Origin: an uncultured delta proteobacterium | GTDB lineage: Bacteria > Desulfobacterota > Syntrophobacteria > BM002 | Length of the DNA: 64,000 bases | Reading direction: 5' to 3' | NCBI GenBank assembly: GCA_963712115.1 | Contig: CAVQGX010000017.1 | Span: forward strand, 1-64,000 | In this document: positions 18,263-30,689 of the stretch, in pieces | Position numbering within the stretch: position 1 is the first letter of the stretch | How the letters are laid out: every line of letters starts with the position of its first letter | The notes under the pieces: model-generated | Seen by the model: the letters and a program-made list of their open reading frames with translations, nothing else | Told to the model about the DNA's origin: nothing | Database searches by the model: none | Position numbers and translations under genes: made by a program

Positions 18263-19093
18263 CTACCTCTTACCCTCATAAGTTTTAACAGCATCATGAA
18301 TGGCCAGCAAGACCCGCACGAGATCCTCTATATCAGTAATGGGGAGGGAGTTGGGACCGTCGCAGCGTGCTTGCTCCGGGTCGCTGTGCACTTCCAAAAA
18401 GACCCCATCTACCCCCACAGCCACTGCGGCTCGTGCCAAGCTTTCCACGAAATGCCGATCTCCTCCTGAACTTTCTCCAGCCCCTCCAGGTAGCTGAACG
18501 CTGTGCGTTGCGTCAAATACGACCAGGCCGTGCTCCCTCATCAACTGGAGGGAGCGCATGTCCACAACCAAATTATTGTAGCCAAAGGTTGTGCCTCGCT
18601 CAGTGAGCAGCACCTGGCGGTTGCCCTGGGCGTGAACTTTGGCCACTACGTTGGTCATGTCCCAGGGAGCCATAAACTGACCTTTCTTCACATTAACGGG
18701 CTTGCCTGTTGCTGCTGCAGCCATTATCAGATCAGTTTGACGACACAAGAATGCTGGTATTTGAAGAATGTCAAGAACCTTTGCCGCTTTTTCCACCTCT
18801 GCAACTGAGTGTACATCGGAGAGTACGGGCAAATTGAATTCCCGCCGAACTGTGGCAAGAATCTCTAGCCCCTCTTCTAGCCCAGGACCCCTAAATGACC
18901 TGTGAGAGGTGCGGTTTGCTTTATCATAGGAACTCTTGAATATTAGAGGAAGTTCCCATTTGTCGGCCAGCTTCTTAAGGTCTGCAGCTATGGCCAGAGT
19001 ATCCTGACCACTTTCTATGACACATGGCCCGGCTATGAAAAAAAGGCGTCCATCGCCAATGGTGAATGGATCCAAAACAATGGCTGGCATCAT
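18263..19093 (-). CDS. kdsA: KDO-8-phosphate synthase
   Basis: AGPCVIES, KSSYDKANRTS, QIPAFLCRQTDL and FDATHSVQ motifs. Confidence 0.97.
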   Translation of the reverse strand: MMPAIVLDPFTIGDGRLFFIAGPCVIESGQDTLAIAADLKKLADKWELPLIFKSSYDKANRTSHRSFRGPGLEEGLEILATVRREFNLPVLSDVHSVAEVEKAAKVLDILQIPAFLCRQTDLIMAAAATGKPVNVKKGQFMAPWDMTNVVAKVHAQGNRQVLLTERGTTFGYNNLVVDMRSLQLMREHGLVVFDATHSVQLPGGAGESSGGDRHFVESLARAAVAVGVDGVFLEVHSDPEQARCDGPNSLPITDIEDLVRVLLAIHDAVKTYEGKR

Positions 19094-19111
19094 TAACCTT
19101 TCTAATCCGCT

Positions 19112-20785
<1,674 letters not shown>

Positions 20786-21347
20786 CTAGCTCCCATCCAC
20801 AAATGGCCCTTCTCCGCAATCTCCGGTTCAATCTGTGGATTTTTTTTTGCACCGTAATTCTCTAAGCCTACGGGCAATCCTTTAGACTTACGGAAAATGG
20901 TCTATTTATAGATTGGAAGCCTCAGCGAGTATTAAGCCGGAGTTTCCGGGTAGATTCTGCCTAACTGGAAAAGCTGAAAATATACAAAGGCCCATTATGT
21001 TCGGGGCTGAAACAGGTCAAGTATAGCAAGCAAAGGTCAAATGTCAAGGAAAGGGGAGATGGTTACCCAGAGCGAGCATGCACCTTTTTTCTCTTGCAAT
21101 TTCTCCTGAGTCATCCTATAGTGATTTCACTTTAGTTTCGGAGATCTAAGAGGTCATACATTGGGTCGCGGCTGAATCTGATGGCTGTTAGAGGCCCTAG
21201 TCTTTCCTACCGAATTCCCAAGTTGATTTCCTCATTTAAACATGCCCCGTTCTCCGCGGATCGAGGCCTTTGAGTTGGGATTTTGGAACGAACTCTTTGA
21301 CATCCTTCATGGGTAAGCAGGGCCCCAAAGGAAGAGGTTGATTTTTC

Positions 21348-21953
21348 ATGCTGGTAGCCCGACGGATGTCCAGAAATCCTGTGGCTGTTTCACCAAAGGC
21401 CTCAATTCAAGAGGCCATGGAGCTAATGAAAAAGCACTCCATCCGTCACCTGCCGGTGGTTAACCGGGAAAAGAGGTTGGTGGGATGGGTTACTGACACC
21501 GACCTTCGAGGAGCGCTCATAGCCTCCATGATCGAAGATTTGACCGTTGGCGATGTCATGATCGCCGATCCCGTTACAGTCAGGTCCACTGACGTTCTTG
21601 AACAGGCAGCCCTTCTCATTACCGAACACAAGATTGGCGGTATGCCTGTCTTAGAGGACGGCAAGCTGGTAGGGGTAATTACAGTCGTCGACATCCTCGA
21701 AGCCTTTATAGACATCATGGGCGTACTAGGAGCCAGTTCGCGCCTCGACGTTCAACTCAGCGACTCTCGCGATGCCTTTCAAGAAGTCTCCCGGATCATT
21801 CGGGAGCATAATGGTGAGATCATTAGTGTGGGCATCTTGCGTCAAGATTCTGCTGAAAGAATTTATTCTTTTCGTATCGAAAAATGTGACACTGAACCGC
21901 TGCGCCAGGCTTTGGAAGAGCAGGGACACAAGGTTGTTTCTTCCAGCCCCTAG
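21348..21953 (+). CDS. CBS-pair plus ACT domain protein (AcuB-like)
   Basis: Two CBS repeats (IRHLPVV, IGGMPVL) and an ACT-like C-terminus. Confidence 0.88.
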   Translation: MLVARRMSRNPVAVSPKASIQEAMELMKKHSIRHLPVVNREKRLVGWVTDTDLRGALIASMIEDLTVGDVMIADPVTVRSTDVLEQAALLITEHKIGGMPVLEDGKLVGVITVVDILEAFIDIMGVLGASSRLDVQLSDSRDAFQEVSRIIREHNGEIISVGILRQDSAERIYSFRIEKCDTEPLRQALEEQGHKVVSSSP

Positions 21954-22314
21954 AATCAGGGAGCTTCAACTTAGGACAACTGTCATCCCTTGCATGTTCA
22001 TCCTTTCTTCGGTATTTACTAGGATCGGCGGCAAAATCACTCACTTTGCCACTGAGTGATTGCCCACAGTTTATCCAGACAGGGCGGATAGTTGTACTTC
22101 CATATTGTACTGCCATATTGTCCTAACAATTCAGGTGGAAAGGAGGTGAGGCCTCACATTGCCGCCCCATATCATTTGTTGAACCCTCGCATTGGCAGAA
22201 TAAAGGCAAAATTGGACAGTAAGGCAAGGTAAATGGTCATAGCCTCAGGGTTTACCTCAGAGGCGTGAACCTGATTGTTTAAATGAGAGGCAATTGTTAA
22301 CGGAGGTTTATATT

Positions 22315-23964
22315 ATGTCGAAATTACCAGAAAATTACCTACCCCCAAAAGACGTGTGGCCTGAGTATCTCGTTCCTGAAGAGTTTGCCGACACTCCCAT
22401 GGAGCTGAATCTTGCCGACTATCTCGTCGACCGCCACGTGCGAGAAGGCAGGGGTGATAACCCTGCGATTAAATTCATGGACAAAACCATCACCTACGCT
22501 CAACTCCAGCAACAGGTAAACAAGTTCGGTAACTCTCTAAAAAAAGCTGGCGTAGAACCTCAAGATCGGGTTGGCATCCGGTTGGTCAACTCACCTCAGG
22601 CTGTTGTCACCATCTTTGCCATTGAGAAAGTCGGCGCTATCCCGGTACCCACCTCACCCCTGTGGTCAGCGGAAGAGGTGGCTTTTGTGGCCAATGACTC
22701 AGAGATGAAGTTTTTTGTGGTCAACGCCCCTCTCATGGAGCAGGTGGAAAAAGCCAAAGCCATTCTTAAGCACGGTACCAAGGTTATTGTCATCGGCGGC
22801 AATCCCGACGAGGTAAAGGCTGCAGGCAACCTGGTCTACGAAGAGATGCTGGAAGCCGGTTCTGCCGAGCTTGCGCCCACCATGCTCAAGGCCAATGACA
22901 TCGGGATCATGCTCTATACTTCCGGCACCACCGGCATGCCCAAGGGTTGCGTGCACTTTATCCGGCCGGCCGTTATAGAGGCTAGGATTGTGAACAAATA
23001 CGTCTATAAGATGAAACCCGGAGACGTTCTAGGCGGAGCAGCCCCGGTTTCTTTTGCCGCCGGCTTCGGCACCTTCACCCTCCTTCCCTTCGAAGGAGGA
23101 GCCGCCATCTCGCTCATACCCAAGTTCACTCCGCCGGACATGATGGATCTCATCCAGAAGCACAAGATCACCATTCTCACCGGCCTTCCAACTGGTTACC
23201 GAGCATTGATGAAGTTCCCCGCTTTCAAAAATTACGACGTCAGCTCGGTTCGTCTCTACACCTCGGGTGGTGACGCCCTGGGCTCTGACACTCTAAAAGG
23301 TTGGCAGGCCCTTACCGGTAAACCCATCTGGGAGGGCCTCGGTGGCACTGAGATGCTCCACCTCGTTACCTCTAACACCATGAATCCGGAGCCGGTGCCC
23401 GACTCTATCGGCAAACCTTTGCCCGGTGTCGAGGTCCGTGTCATTGACGAGTCCGGCAAGGATTGCAAGCCGAACGAGGTCGGGAGCATGATTCTCAAAG
23501 GTGCCTCGGGTACGCTCTATTGGAAGCCATACGTGGACAATGAACGTCTGCTCAAGTCGCAGAAGAAGGGCGTGGTCAACGGCTGGAATCAGATGGGGGA
23601 CGCCGTCTTTATGAAAGAAGATGGCAACATCTGCTTCGTCTCCCGCGAAGACGACATGATCAAGAGCTCCGGCTACCGCATCGGTCCTGCCGAGGTGGAA
23701 GAGGCCCTTGAAAAGCATCCGGCTATAGCTGAGGCGGGTGTGGTAGGCATCCCCGATCCTGACAAAGGGCAGATTACTAAGGCCTTTTTGGTATTGAAAG
23801 AAGGACACGAGGGTAGCGATGAGTTCTTCGAAGAACTCAAAACGTTCTTGAAAGAGCATATCGCCGTTTACAAGCTGCCCAGGGCCATCGAGTACAGAGA
23901 GTCCCTGCCACGGACTCCCACAGGCAAGCTCTTGCGCCGTCACTTGCGTCCACCGAAAAAATAG
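22315..23964 (+). CDS. AMP-forming acyl-CoA ligase, benzoate/2-aminobenzoate-CoA ligase-like
   Basis: YTSGTTGMPKG, EGLGGTE, REDDMIKSSGYRIGP.EVE and PRTPTGK; GGAGG RBS before ATG 22315. Confidence 0.88.
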   Translation: MSKLPENYLPPKDVWPEYLVPEEFADTPMELNLADYLVDRHVREGRGDNPAIKFMDKTITYAQLQQQVNKFGNSLKKAGVEPQDRVGIRLVNSPQAVVTIFAIEKVGAIPVPTSPLWSAEEVAFVANDSEMKFFVVNAPLMEQVEKAKAILKHGTKVIVIGGNPDEVKAAGNLVYEEMLEAGSAELAPTMLKANDIGIMLYTSGTTGMPKGCVHFIRPAVIEARIVNKYVYKMKPGDVLGGAAPVSFAAGFGTFTLLPFEGGAAISLIPKFTPPDMMDLIQKHKITILTGLPTGYRALMKFPAFKNYDVSSVRLYTSGGDALGSDTLKGWQALTGKPIWEGLGGTEMLHLVTSNTMNPEPVPDSIGKPLPGVEVRVIDESGKDCKPNEVGSMILKGASGTLYWKPYVDNERLLKSQKKGVVNGWNQMGDAVFMKEDGNICFVSREDDMIKSSGYRIGPAEVEEALEKHPAIAEAGVVGIPDPDKGQITKAFLVLKEGHEGSDEFFEELKTFLKEHIAVYKLPRAIEYRESLPRTPTGKLLRRHLRPPKK

Positions 23965-23990
23965 GATCTGCTGAAACCACTAGAAACACC

Positions 23991-24027
23991 AATCCCCTCC
24001 CCTCTCTGGGTGAGGGGATTTTTTTTA
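23991..24027 (+). terminator. Intrinsic terminator after the CoA ligase
   Basis: AATCCCCTC...GAGGGGATT followed by a T run. Confidence 0.8.
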
Positions 24028-24039
24028 GCCGCTACCAGC

Positions 24040-24122
24040 TACTCGATACTGGATACTCGATCCTCGATAAAAACTTTAACCGCATCAAGACATCCAGCAT
24101 CTAGCATCCAGTATCGAGCATC
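24040..24122. repeat. TACTCGA/GCATCCA heptamer palindrome
   Basis: TACTCGATACTGGATACTCGATCCTCGAT versus CATCCAGCATCTAGCATCCAGTATCGAGCA. Confidence 0.7.
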
Positions 24123-24217
24123 TAGTCTCAACGTTTGTACTTTTTTTCTCTTTTAACCAATTGCAAAGTTCGGTAAGATGGCCTGAGATTATCTCGATTG
24201 TTGGAGGAGCTAGCGCA

Positions 24218-25423
24218 GTGCTTTGCAAACTCAGCCGGGCCATAGTCTACTTTTTGATTGTCTTCCTCTGGTGCACCAACACTACTGTGGTGGCCGAAAC
24301 TGTAAAGATAGGCGAGATAAATCCCCTCACCGGCAGGCTTGCTAAGCAGGGTTCAGAGATCCATCAAGGCGTAGCCGTGGCTGTTGCTGAAGTGAATGAT
24401 GGGGGCGGACTGAACGGTCGGCAAGTGGAACTCATCTCCCGGGACGACCAGAGCCAGCCAGATGTGGCCATTTCAAGGGCAGAAGAATTGTGTGCCTGGA
24501 GGAAAGTCCTTGGGCTTACCGGTGGCTACGTTGATTCCCTGGTAGGGCCTATCAGCGAAGTGGCCAAAAAATATGAGGTGCCTTACGTGGCCAGTGCCAG
24601 CCTGCAAAAGGAGCTTACCCAGCGCGAAAATCCCTACTTCTTTAGAGTGGCCAGGCTCCAGGGTTTCATCCAACCCCTTTGCGACATATTAGCTGAACGT
24701 CTGCGGCCACAGAGATTGGCAATTCTCTATGCGGCCACCCCCGGCTCCACTGAGTTCGCCCAAGATCTAGAAAATTGTCTTCGATCTCGGTCCATTATTG
24801 CTCAAATTACAGAGAAGTTCCGCCCTGGCACTCCTGACTTCACGCCTCTCATCGGCAAGTTAGCCAGCCTTAAAACAGATGTCATTGTTTCTGGTGGGTT
24901 TTTTGCGGATCATCTTCTTTTGGTGCGTCAGCTCAAAGAAAATAGGCTATTGCCCAAAGCCTACATTGGCCCCTTTGGCATTGCCTATGAGAGTTTTATT
25001 CGTGAGATGGGGGACAATGCCGAGTATCTCTACAGTACCTGCGCCTGGAATCCTGGAATCACCCAGCCGGGTACCGAAAAAGTCTCGGAGGGATTCGTCA
25101 AAAGGTTTCGCCGCATGTTCAAACGCGAGCCCAATACTACCAACATGCACGGCTACACCTCCACCCGCGCGCTCCTCACAGCTATGATGAATGTCTTGCA
25201 CCAGAACAAACCACTCGTGGGACCTAACATCCGCCAGGCCCTTGCAGAGCTCGATCTTGTCCTACCCATGGAGCGGGTTGCCTTCGATAAGCAAGGTGAT
25301 CCACTTCACTACCAACACTTGGTCGTCCAGATCCAAAATGGTAGACTCCAGGTTGTCTACCCAGCAGACCGCGCCACTGCTGCCCCTATCTATCCAATGC
25401 CCAAATGGGGTGAACGAAAGTAG
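24218..25423 (+). CDS. Branched-chain-type ABC transporter substrate-binding protein
   Basis: Signal peptide and KIG...PLTG..A..G...VN..GGLNGR...RDD pattern; start GTG 24218 behind GGAGGA. Confidence 0.9.
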   Translation: MLCKLSRAIVYFLIVFLWCTNTTVVAETVKIGEINPLTGRLAKQGSEIHQGVAVAVAEVNDGGGLNGRQVELISRDDQSQPDVAISRAEELCAWRKVLGLTGGYVDSLVGPISEVAKKYEVPYVASASLQKELTQRENPYFFRVARLQGFIQPLCDILAERLRPQRLAILYAATPGSTEFAQDLENCLRSRSIIAQITEKFRPGTPDFTPLIGKLASLKTDVIVSGGFFADHLLLVRQLKENRLLPKAYIGPFGIAYESFIREMGDNAEYLYSTCAWNPGITQPGTEKVSEGFVKRFRRMFKREPNTTNMHGYTSTRALLTAMMNVLHQNKPLVGPNIRQALAELDLVLPMERVAFDKQGDPLHYQHLVVQIQNGRLQVVYPADRATAAPIYPMPKWGERK

Positions 25424-25428
25424 CACTC

Positions 25429-26286
25429 ATGTGGACCACTGTTCTAGTATCCGGGATCACCTTGGGCTCCTTCTACACCCTTGTGGCCCTGGGATTTGCT
25501 TTGATATTCGGGGTAACCCACACCTTTAATCTGGCCCATGGCGAACTTCTTGTTCTTGCCGGCTATGTAGCCTACTGGCTCTGGAAAACCTACGGGGTCT
25601 CCCTCCTCTTAACCTTTCCCGCAGCAATCCTAGTAACCCTTGTGGTTTGCTTAATTCTGCAGCGGCTATTTTCCAGACTCAGAGAACCCATGGAAATGAA
25701 CTCCCTTGTGGTTAGCTTCGGCTTGGCCATCTTGCTTCAAAACTCCATGCTTTTTTTCTTTTCCGGCGACTACCGCTTGATTCGAGTTCCCCTCCTAAAT
25801 GAAGGTTTCCGTTTCCACGGACTCTACCTGAGTTACGGCCAGTTCACCCTCCTGGCCCTTTCCTTGCTGGTAATCGCTTTGACCTACGTGCTCATGCGTC
25901 ACACCTACCTAGGCAAGGCATTGAGAGCAACCATTCAGGACAGAGAGTCAGCCGCCTTGGCCGGCATCAATGTGGGCGGAATGGGGATTTTGGCCTTTGC
26001 TATAGGAGCTTTATTAATAGGCTTGGCGGGCCCCCTTTTCGGTTGTATCCACTACCTCTACCCCACCGCCGGCCTGCAAGCTACCCTCATCGCCATCACC
26101 ATTACAATTTTTGCCGGTGTGGGACGCATTCGTAGCTTGATCCTGGGTGGCTGGATATTGGGCTTTGCAGAATCATGCGCAGCTGTACTCTTAGGAGCAA
26201 GCTGGCGGGAATTGGTGAGCGCACTAATGCTGCTCACCTTGCTGGCCCTGAGACCATACGGTATCCTGGGAGTAGAAGAGAAATGA
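25429..26286 (+). CDS. ABC permease, LivH-like
   Basis: ALGFALIFGV...NLAHG and GKALRA.IQD...A.L.GIN motifs. Confidence 0.92.
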   Translation: MWTTVLVSGITLGSFYTLVALGFALIFGVTHTFNLAHGELLVLAGYVAYWLWKTYGVSLLLTFPAAILVTLVVCLILQRLFSRLREPMEMNSLVVSFGLAILLQNSMLFFFSGDYRLIRVPLLNEGFRFHGLYLSYGQFTLLALSLLVIALTYVLMRHTYLGKALRATIQDRESAALAGINVGGMGILAFAIGALLIGLAGPLFGCIHYLYPTAGLQATLIAITITIFAGVGRIRSLILGGWILGFAESCAAVLLGASWRELVSALMLLTLLALRPYGILGVEEK

Positions 26287-27299
26287 CAAAAGCGCCGGCC
26301 AAGAGTGAACCCTTGAAGAACTTAGCCATCGCCCAAGTTGGCCTGCTCCTGGGGTTAGCAATCATGCTTTTGCTTCCTTTGGTGGCTGGGGGTCACGACT
26401 ACGTCTTGCAAGTATTCACCCATGCCCTGTTGTTGGCAACCTTGGCCCTTGCTTGGAACATTCTTGGTATCAGCGGCTCTATTTCTCTTGGTCATGCCGC
26501 TTTTTTTGGAGTTGGAGCCTATACCTCTGGGCTTCTCAGTCTAGAGTTGGGTGGTTCCTCCTGGGCGACAATTCCCACCGCAGGTCTGGCAGCAGTGGCG
26601 GTTGCAGTACTCGTGTGGCTATTTTGCCATCGGCTCCGAGGGGCCTATTTCGCCCTGGCAACTCTCGCCTTCGTGGAAATCCCCAGAGTACTCACAGACA
26701 ATTGGGACGGTCTCACCCGAGGATCACTCGGCCTAGTTGGCCTGCCCGGTCTCCCTACCCTACGCTTAGGAACGCACCATTTTGACATTAGCGCCAGCCC
26801 CATAGGTTCTTACTACTTTGTCCTCTTCTATGGCCTGTTGTTGTTGGCCCTGGTAACACTCATCTTTCGATCCAATTTGGGGCTGGCTCTTCAAGCAATA
26901 AGGGAGGAAGAGACTGCAGCCGAGTCTCTGGGAATTCAGGTCCAGAGGTATCGTTTACTGGCGCTGTTGCTCAGTGCTTTATTCAGCGGAATCACCGGTG
27001 CATGTTACGCCCACCTCATCCGTTACATTGAGCCTGGAATGGTTTACGGGCTACATTTCTCAGCCATACCTGTGATCTTCGCCATCTGCGGAGGTAGGTT
27101 CACTATCATTGGTCCAGCCTTGGCCGCTTTAGTTCTTTATCCCTTGGATCAGTTCCTTTTTCACCCCTTACTGCCTGCAGGACATGAGTTCCTCTACGGT
27201 GCGGTAATCATTCTGGCTATTCTCTTTTTGCCCTCAGGTTTCTGGGGGCAGTTGTGGAAGGGACATCTTGTCTCTATTAAGACTGGAAGCATTGAGTAA
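26283..27299 (+). CDS. ABC permease, LivM-like
   Basis: SLGHAAFFGVGAY, RLRGAYFALATL and AIREEE.AA; ATG 26283 overlaps the upstream stop. Confidence 0.92.
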   Translation: MTKAPAKSEPLKNLAIAQVGLLLGLAIMLLLPLVAGGHDYVLQVFTHALLLATLALAWNILGISGSISLGHAAFFGVGAYTSGLLSLELGGSSWATIPTAGLAAVAVAVLVWLFCHRLRGAYFALATLAFVEIPRVLTDNWDGLTRGSLGLVGLPGLPTLRLGTHHFDISASPIGSYYFVLFYGLLLLALVTLIFRSNLGLALQAIREEETAAESLGIQVQRYRLLALLLSALFSGITGACYAHLIRYIEPGMVYGLHFSAIPVIFAICGGRFTIIGPALAALVLYPLDQFLFHPLLPAGHEFLYGAVIILAILFLPSGFWGQLWKGHLVSIKTGSIE

Positions 27300-28023
27300 G
27301 AGGTTTGGAGACCACTGGGCACTCAAAGAGATCGATTTCGATCTTGAAGAAGGTGAGATCGTCGGCCTTGTTGGGCCTAATGGGGCTGGAAAGACAACTT
27401 TGTTCAACCTGATCACCGGCCGTCACAAACCTAGCAGCGGCAGGGTCTGGTTCGAGAGCAAAGATATCACCTTTTTCAGTCCTCACGAGATCCAGCGGTT
27501 TGGCATCAGTAGGACTTTTCAGTCATCCCGCCCCTTTGCCAAGATGACTGTGCTGGAAAATGTGGTGGTAGGCCGCATCTTCAGTGGCGAATTTCACCTT
27601 TTTTCTCGCCCTAAAGACATTAACACGGCTAGACAGCTTTTAGAGCTGGTGGGGTTGGCTCACAAAGGGGACACAATTGCCGGAGAACTAACTCTCAGTG
27701 AGCGTCGCAGGCTGGACCTGGCTCGCGCCCTGGCAACCGAGCCAAGGATATTACTGCTTGATGAAGTAGTCGCTGGTTTCAGCCCCCTTGCAGTGAAACA
27801 GGCAGCGGAGCTGGTTCAGAGGGTCCGAGAGCGCGGCGTAACTCTCTTTATCGTCGATCACTTCCTGAGCCTCAGCCTTAGAGTATCCGACCGGCTGTTG
27901 GCCCTTGACCATGGAGAAAAGATTGCGGAAGGGAAACCACAGGAGGTAATGAGAAACCGCGAGGTTATTCGGGCCTACTTAGGTACGCGGCATGAGGATG
28001 AAGAGCAGAGCGCAGAGCGCTAA
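27268..28023 (+). CDS. ABC ATPase, LivG-like
   Basis: [21 protein letters not shown] and VIRAYLG motifs. Confidence 0.92.
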   Translation: MSLLRLEALSKRFGDHWALKEIDFDLEEGEIVGLVGPNGAGKTTLFNLITGRHKPSSGRVWFESKDITFFSPHEIQRFGISRTFQSSRPFAKMTVLENVVVGRIFSGEFHLFSRPKDINTARQLLELVGLAHKGDTIAGELTLSERRRLDLARALATEPRILLLDEVVAGFSPLAVKQAAELVQRVRERGVTLFIVDHFLSLSLRVSDRLLALDHGEKIAEGKPQEVMRNREVIRAYLGTRHEDEEQSAER

Positions 28024-28232
28024 GCGCATAGCGACAATCAAGCTGGCAGAAGGCAGGTATAAGGCATAGAGCATAGGGCATGGAGCATAGGGAAAATAAA
28101 GCTGGCAGCTAGCAATTGGCAGAAACCAGAGGTCAGAGATCAGATGTCGGAGGTCAAAGGGAAAAGCTGATCTCTGATCTCCGACTTCTGACCTCTGTGA
28201 TGGACGACTTGAACGGTTTCAACGACTTGAAC
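28009..28232. repeat. Mosaic of heptamer and nonamer repeats between livG and livF
   Basis: GCGCAGA/GCATAG(G) heptads, a CAGAGGTCAGAGATCAG...CTGATCTCTGA hairpin, and GACTTGAAC nonamers. Confidence 0.7.
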
Positions 28233-28243
28233 AGGATCTTGCT

Positions 28244-28975
28244 ATGGAAACTGATAAGCCTCTTTTGGCGATACGCAACCTAAATTACTTTTACGGAGAT
28301 ACCCAAGCCCTCTTCCGGGTAAACCTGACGGTGTGTACAGGTCAGATTGTTTCCATCGTGGGGCCGAACGGTTCGGGAAAAACCACCTTGATGAAAGCAG
28401 TGGCCGGCCTCTTACGGCCTATCCAAGGAGAAGTGAGCTACCAGGGTGAAGCCATACATGACCTTGCTGTTCACGAGGTCGTACGGCGGGGGTTGGTGTA
28501 TGTCCCCGAAGGCATGAAGGTTTTCCCCCTCATGACCGTTGTGGAGAACCTTGAGGTAGGTGCATATATATCCCGTGAGCGGAAAGCCGACCGACTGGAT
28601 TCTGTGTTCAATCTATTTCCAGCTCTTGCTGACAAAGGACACCAATCGGCCAAGACCCTAAGTGGCGGCCAAAAGAGAATGCTTACTCTAGCTCGGGGGA
28701 TTATGACTGGAGCCAGTCTGCTCATGCTCGATGACCCATTTCTGGGTCTGGCCCCCAAGGACACAAATCGACTCTGCAATACCCTGAGGCAAATACGCCG
28801 CCACGGACTTACCCTGTTTCTGGCCGGCCAGCATGTGCGCAGGATCTTGAGTGTGGCCACTAGAGCCTACCTCATTGAGGAAGGCAGAATCACTCTCTCT
28901 GGCAGCGGCGAACAACTGCGCAATCACCCCCATCTGCAAGAGAGCCTCTTTGGTATAGTGGCTGAGGCAGGATAA
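28244..28975 (+). CDS. ABC ATPase, LivF-like, with degenerate Walker B
   Basis: GPNGSGKTT, YVPEG, MTVVENLEVGA, LSGGQ and LMLDDP. Confidence 0.88.
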   Translation: METDKPLLAIRNLNYFYGDTQALFRVNLTVCTGQIVSIVGPNGSGKTTLMKAVAGLLRPIQGEVSYQGEAIHDLAVHEVVRRGLVYVPEGMKVFPLMTVVENLEVGAYISRERKADRLDSVFNLFPALADKGHQSAKTLSGGQKRMLTLARGIMTGASLLMLDDPFLGLAPKDTNRLCNTLRQIRRHGLTLFLAGQHVRRILSVATRAYLIEEGRITLSGSGEQLRNHPHLQESLFGIVAEAG

Positions 28976-28979
28976 ATGT

Positions 28980-29144
28980 AATTTCGGATTGCGGATTGCG
29001 GATTGCGGATTTGAAAGCAAGGAGCCAGGAGATAGGAGACGGGAAGTAAAAACATAAAGACTGTCATTCCCTTCTGGCTACTGGCTACTGACTACTGGAG
29101 TTTTAACGATTTGAACGGTTTCAACGATTTGAACGACTTGAACG
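28980..29144. repeat. Mosaic repeat (GCGGATT x3-4, CTGGCTA heptads, ACGATTTGA nonamers)
   Basis: Tandem units are directly visible in the livF-tatD gap. Confidence 0.7.
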
Positions 29145-29160
29145 GCTCTTTAGTGACACC

Positions 29161-29925
29161 ATGATTGACGCCCATTGTCACCTATATTCAAGCAAATACG
29201 ATCACGACCTCCATGAGGTAATCCAGCGGGCCCAAAAAAAGTTACAAGGAGTGGTGATATCTGCGGTTGACCTGGAGAGTCTGCAGAAAAGCCTGGCCAT
29301 TCGCAGGAAATATCCTGATTTCATCTACCTGACAGCAGGAATACATCCCAGGAATGCGGCCAAGCTTAACAAAGAAGAGTTAAGCGAGTTATGGCAAGCT
29401 ATAAGGAGTGTCCAAGAAGAGATTGTGGCGGTGGGAGAGGTGGGCCCTGATTTTTATCGCACCAAGGATCACCCTTTGCGTCAACGACAACTCTCGGTTC
29501 TAGAGGATGCCATGGCGCAGGCGGAAGCTATGGACCTTCCTCTGGTTATTCATGCCCGCCAGGCGGAAAAAGCTGCACTGGAAGTGGTTGCCCGTTGCAC
29601 AACACCGGTTCTATTCCACTGTTTTGCCGGAACCAGGCAGATGGCCAGAGAGATCACCTCCCACGGCTTCTACTTGTCTTTTTCGGCCATTCTCCTCTTC
29701 AGTTCTGAACTACAGAGGGCCGCCACTGAAATTCCCCTCGAACTCATTCTCACTGAAACTGACAGCCCGGCCCTATCACCCCGCCGCAGCCAGCGAAGAA
29801 ATGAGCCGGCTTTCCTTGAAATCATCGTTTCACGGCTGGCAAGTTTGTTTGACTATCCTGTGGATAGAGTAGGCTCGATCACCGAGGCAAATGCGGGAAG
29901 ATTCTATGGAATCGCTGATCTATAG
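29161..29925 (+). CDS. TatD family hydrolase
   Basis: DAHCH, GIHP, VGEVGPDF, VIHAR, HCF and ETDSP motifs. Confidence 0.93.
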   Translation: MIDAHCHLYSSKYDHDLHEVIQRAQKKLQGVVISAVDLESLQKSLAIRRKYPDFIYLTAGIHPRNAAKLNKEELSELWQAIRSVQEEIVAVGEVGPDFYRTKDHPLRQRQLSVLEDAMAQAEAMDLPLVIHARQAEKAALEVVARCTTPVLFHCFAGTRQMAREITSHGFYLSFSAILLFSSELQRAATEIPLELILTETDSPALSPRRSQRRNEPAFLEIIVSRLASLFDYPVDRVGSITEANAGRFYGIADL

Positions 29926-30124
29926 TGCTTGCTTTTCTGAAATATTTCCTGATAAACTAACATTCCAGAACTTTCAGGTACTATTCCTTCTGCAATAATT
30001 CCAATTACATCGCATTTTTACCGTTAACTCACCGCCCCCCACTTTTCATTTGCGTGAGATTGATATGGTTTTAACCAACTTTTGGAATTAGAATTTGGAC
30101 TAACCAGCTACGGAGGGATAAACT

Positions 30125-30520
30125 ATGAGCGAGGAATTGAAAGCAGGCCTGACCCACAAAATTGAACGGCAAGTCACTGAGGATCTGTCGGCGCAAAAGG
30201 TCTTTCCTCATGTCCCCAACGTTTACGCCACCCGAGCCATGGTGGGGCATTTCGAGGAAGCATGTGCCGAGATGGTCCTCCCTTATCTAGGCGAAGGAGA
30301 GCAGACTGTGGGGATTGGCATGAAATTCTCCCACATTGCGGCCACCCCAATTGGAATGAAAGTGCGCTTCACCGCTAAACTTGTTGAGGTCGAGGGCAAA
30401 AAACTCACCTTTGAAGTAGAAGGTTTCGACGAAGTCGAAAAAATCGGCAAAGCCACCCACGACCGTTTTATCATTAATGCTGAGAAGTTCAACAGCAAGA
30501 TAGCACAAAAAGGCAAATAA
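30125..30520 (+). CDS. FlK-like hotdog-fold thioesterase
   Basis: VYAT..M...FE.A, TVG.....H.AATP.G and G...H.R (Thr/Glu/His pattern). Confidence 0.88.
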   Translation: MSEELKAGLTHKIERQVTEDLSAQKVFPHVPNVYATRAMVGHFEEACAEMVLPYLGEGEQTVGIGMKFSHIAATPIGMKVRFTAKLVEVEGKKLTFEVEGFDEVEKIGKATHDRFIINAEKFNSKIAQKGK

Positions 30521-30689
30521 AAAGCCGCATAGCGTTTAATATTAAAGGCGCAGGGCGCAGGGCTCAAGGCCCGAGGCTGGAATATTCCATTTTGCTGCCT
30601 CCAACCTCTAACATATTGGCTGCCTGCTGCGGGCTGTCAGCTGCCAGCTGGGCAAGATCTTTAAGCTTTGCTTAATTAGGAGGTAAAGT

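Noticed and set aside
28009-29150. Repeat tracts as a CRISPR array
   Set aside because: Units are 7-9 bp and degenerate, with no constant repeat-spacer period and no cas genes.
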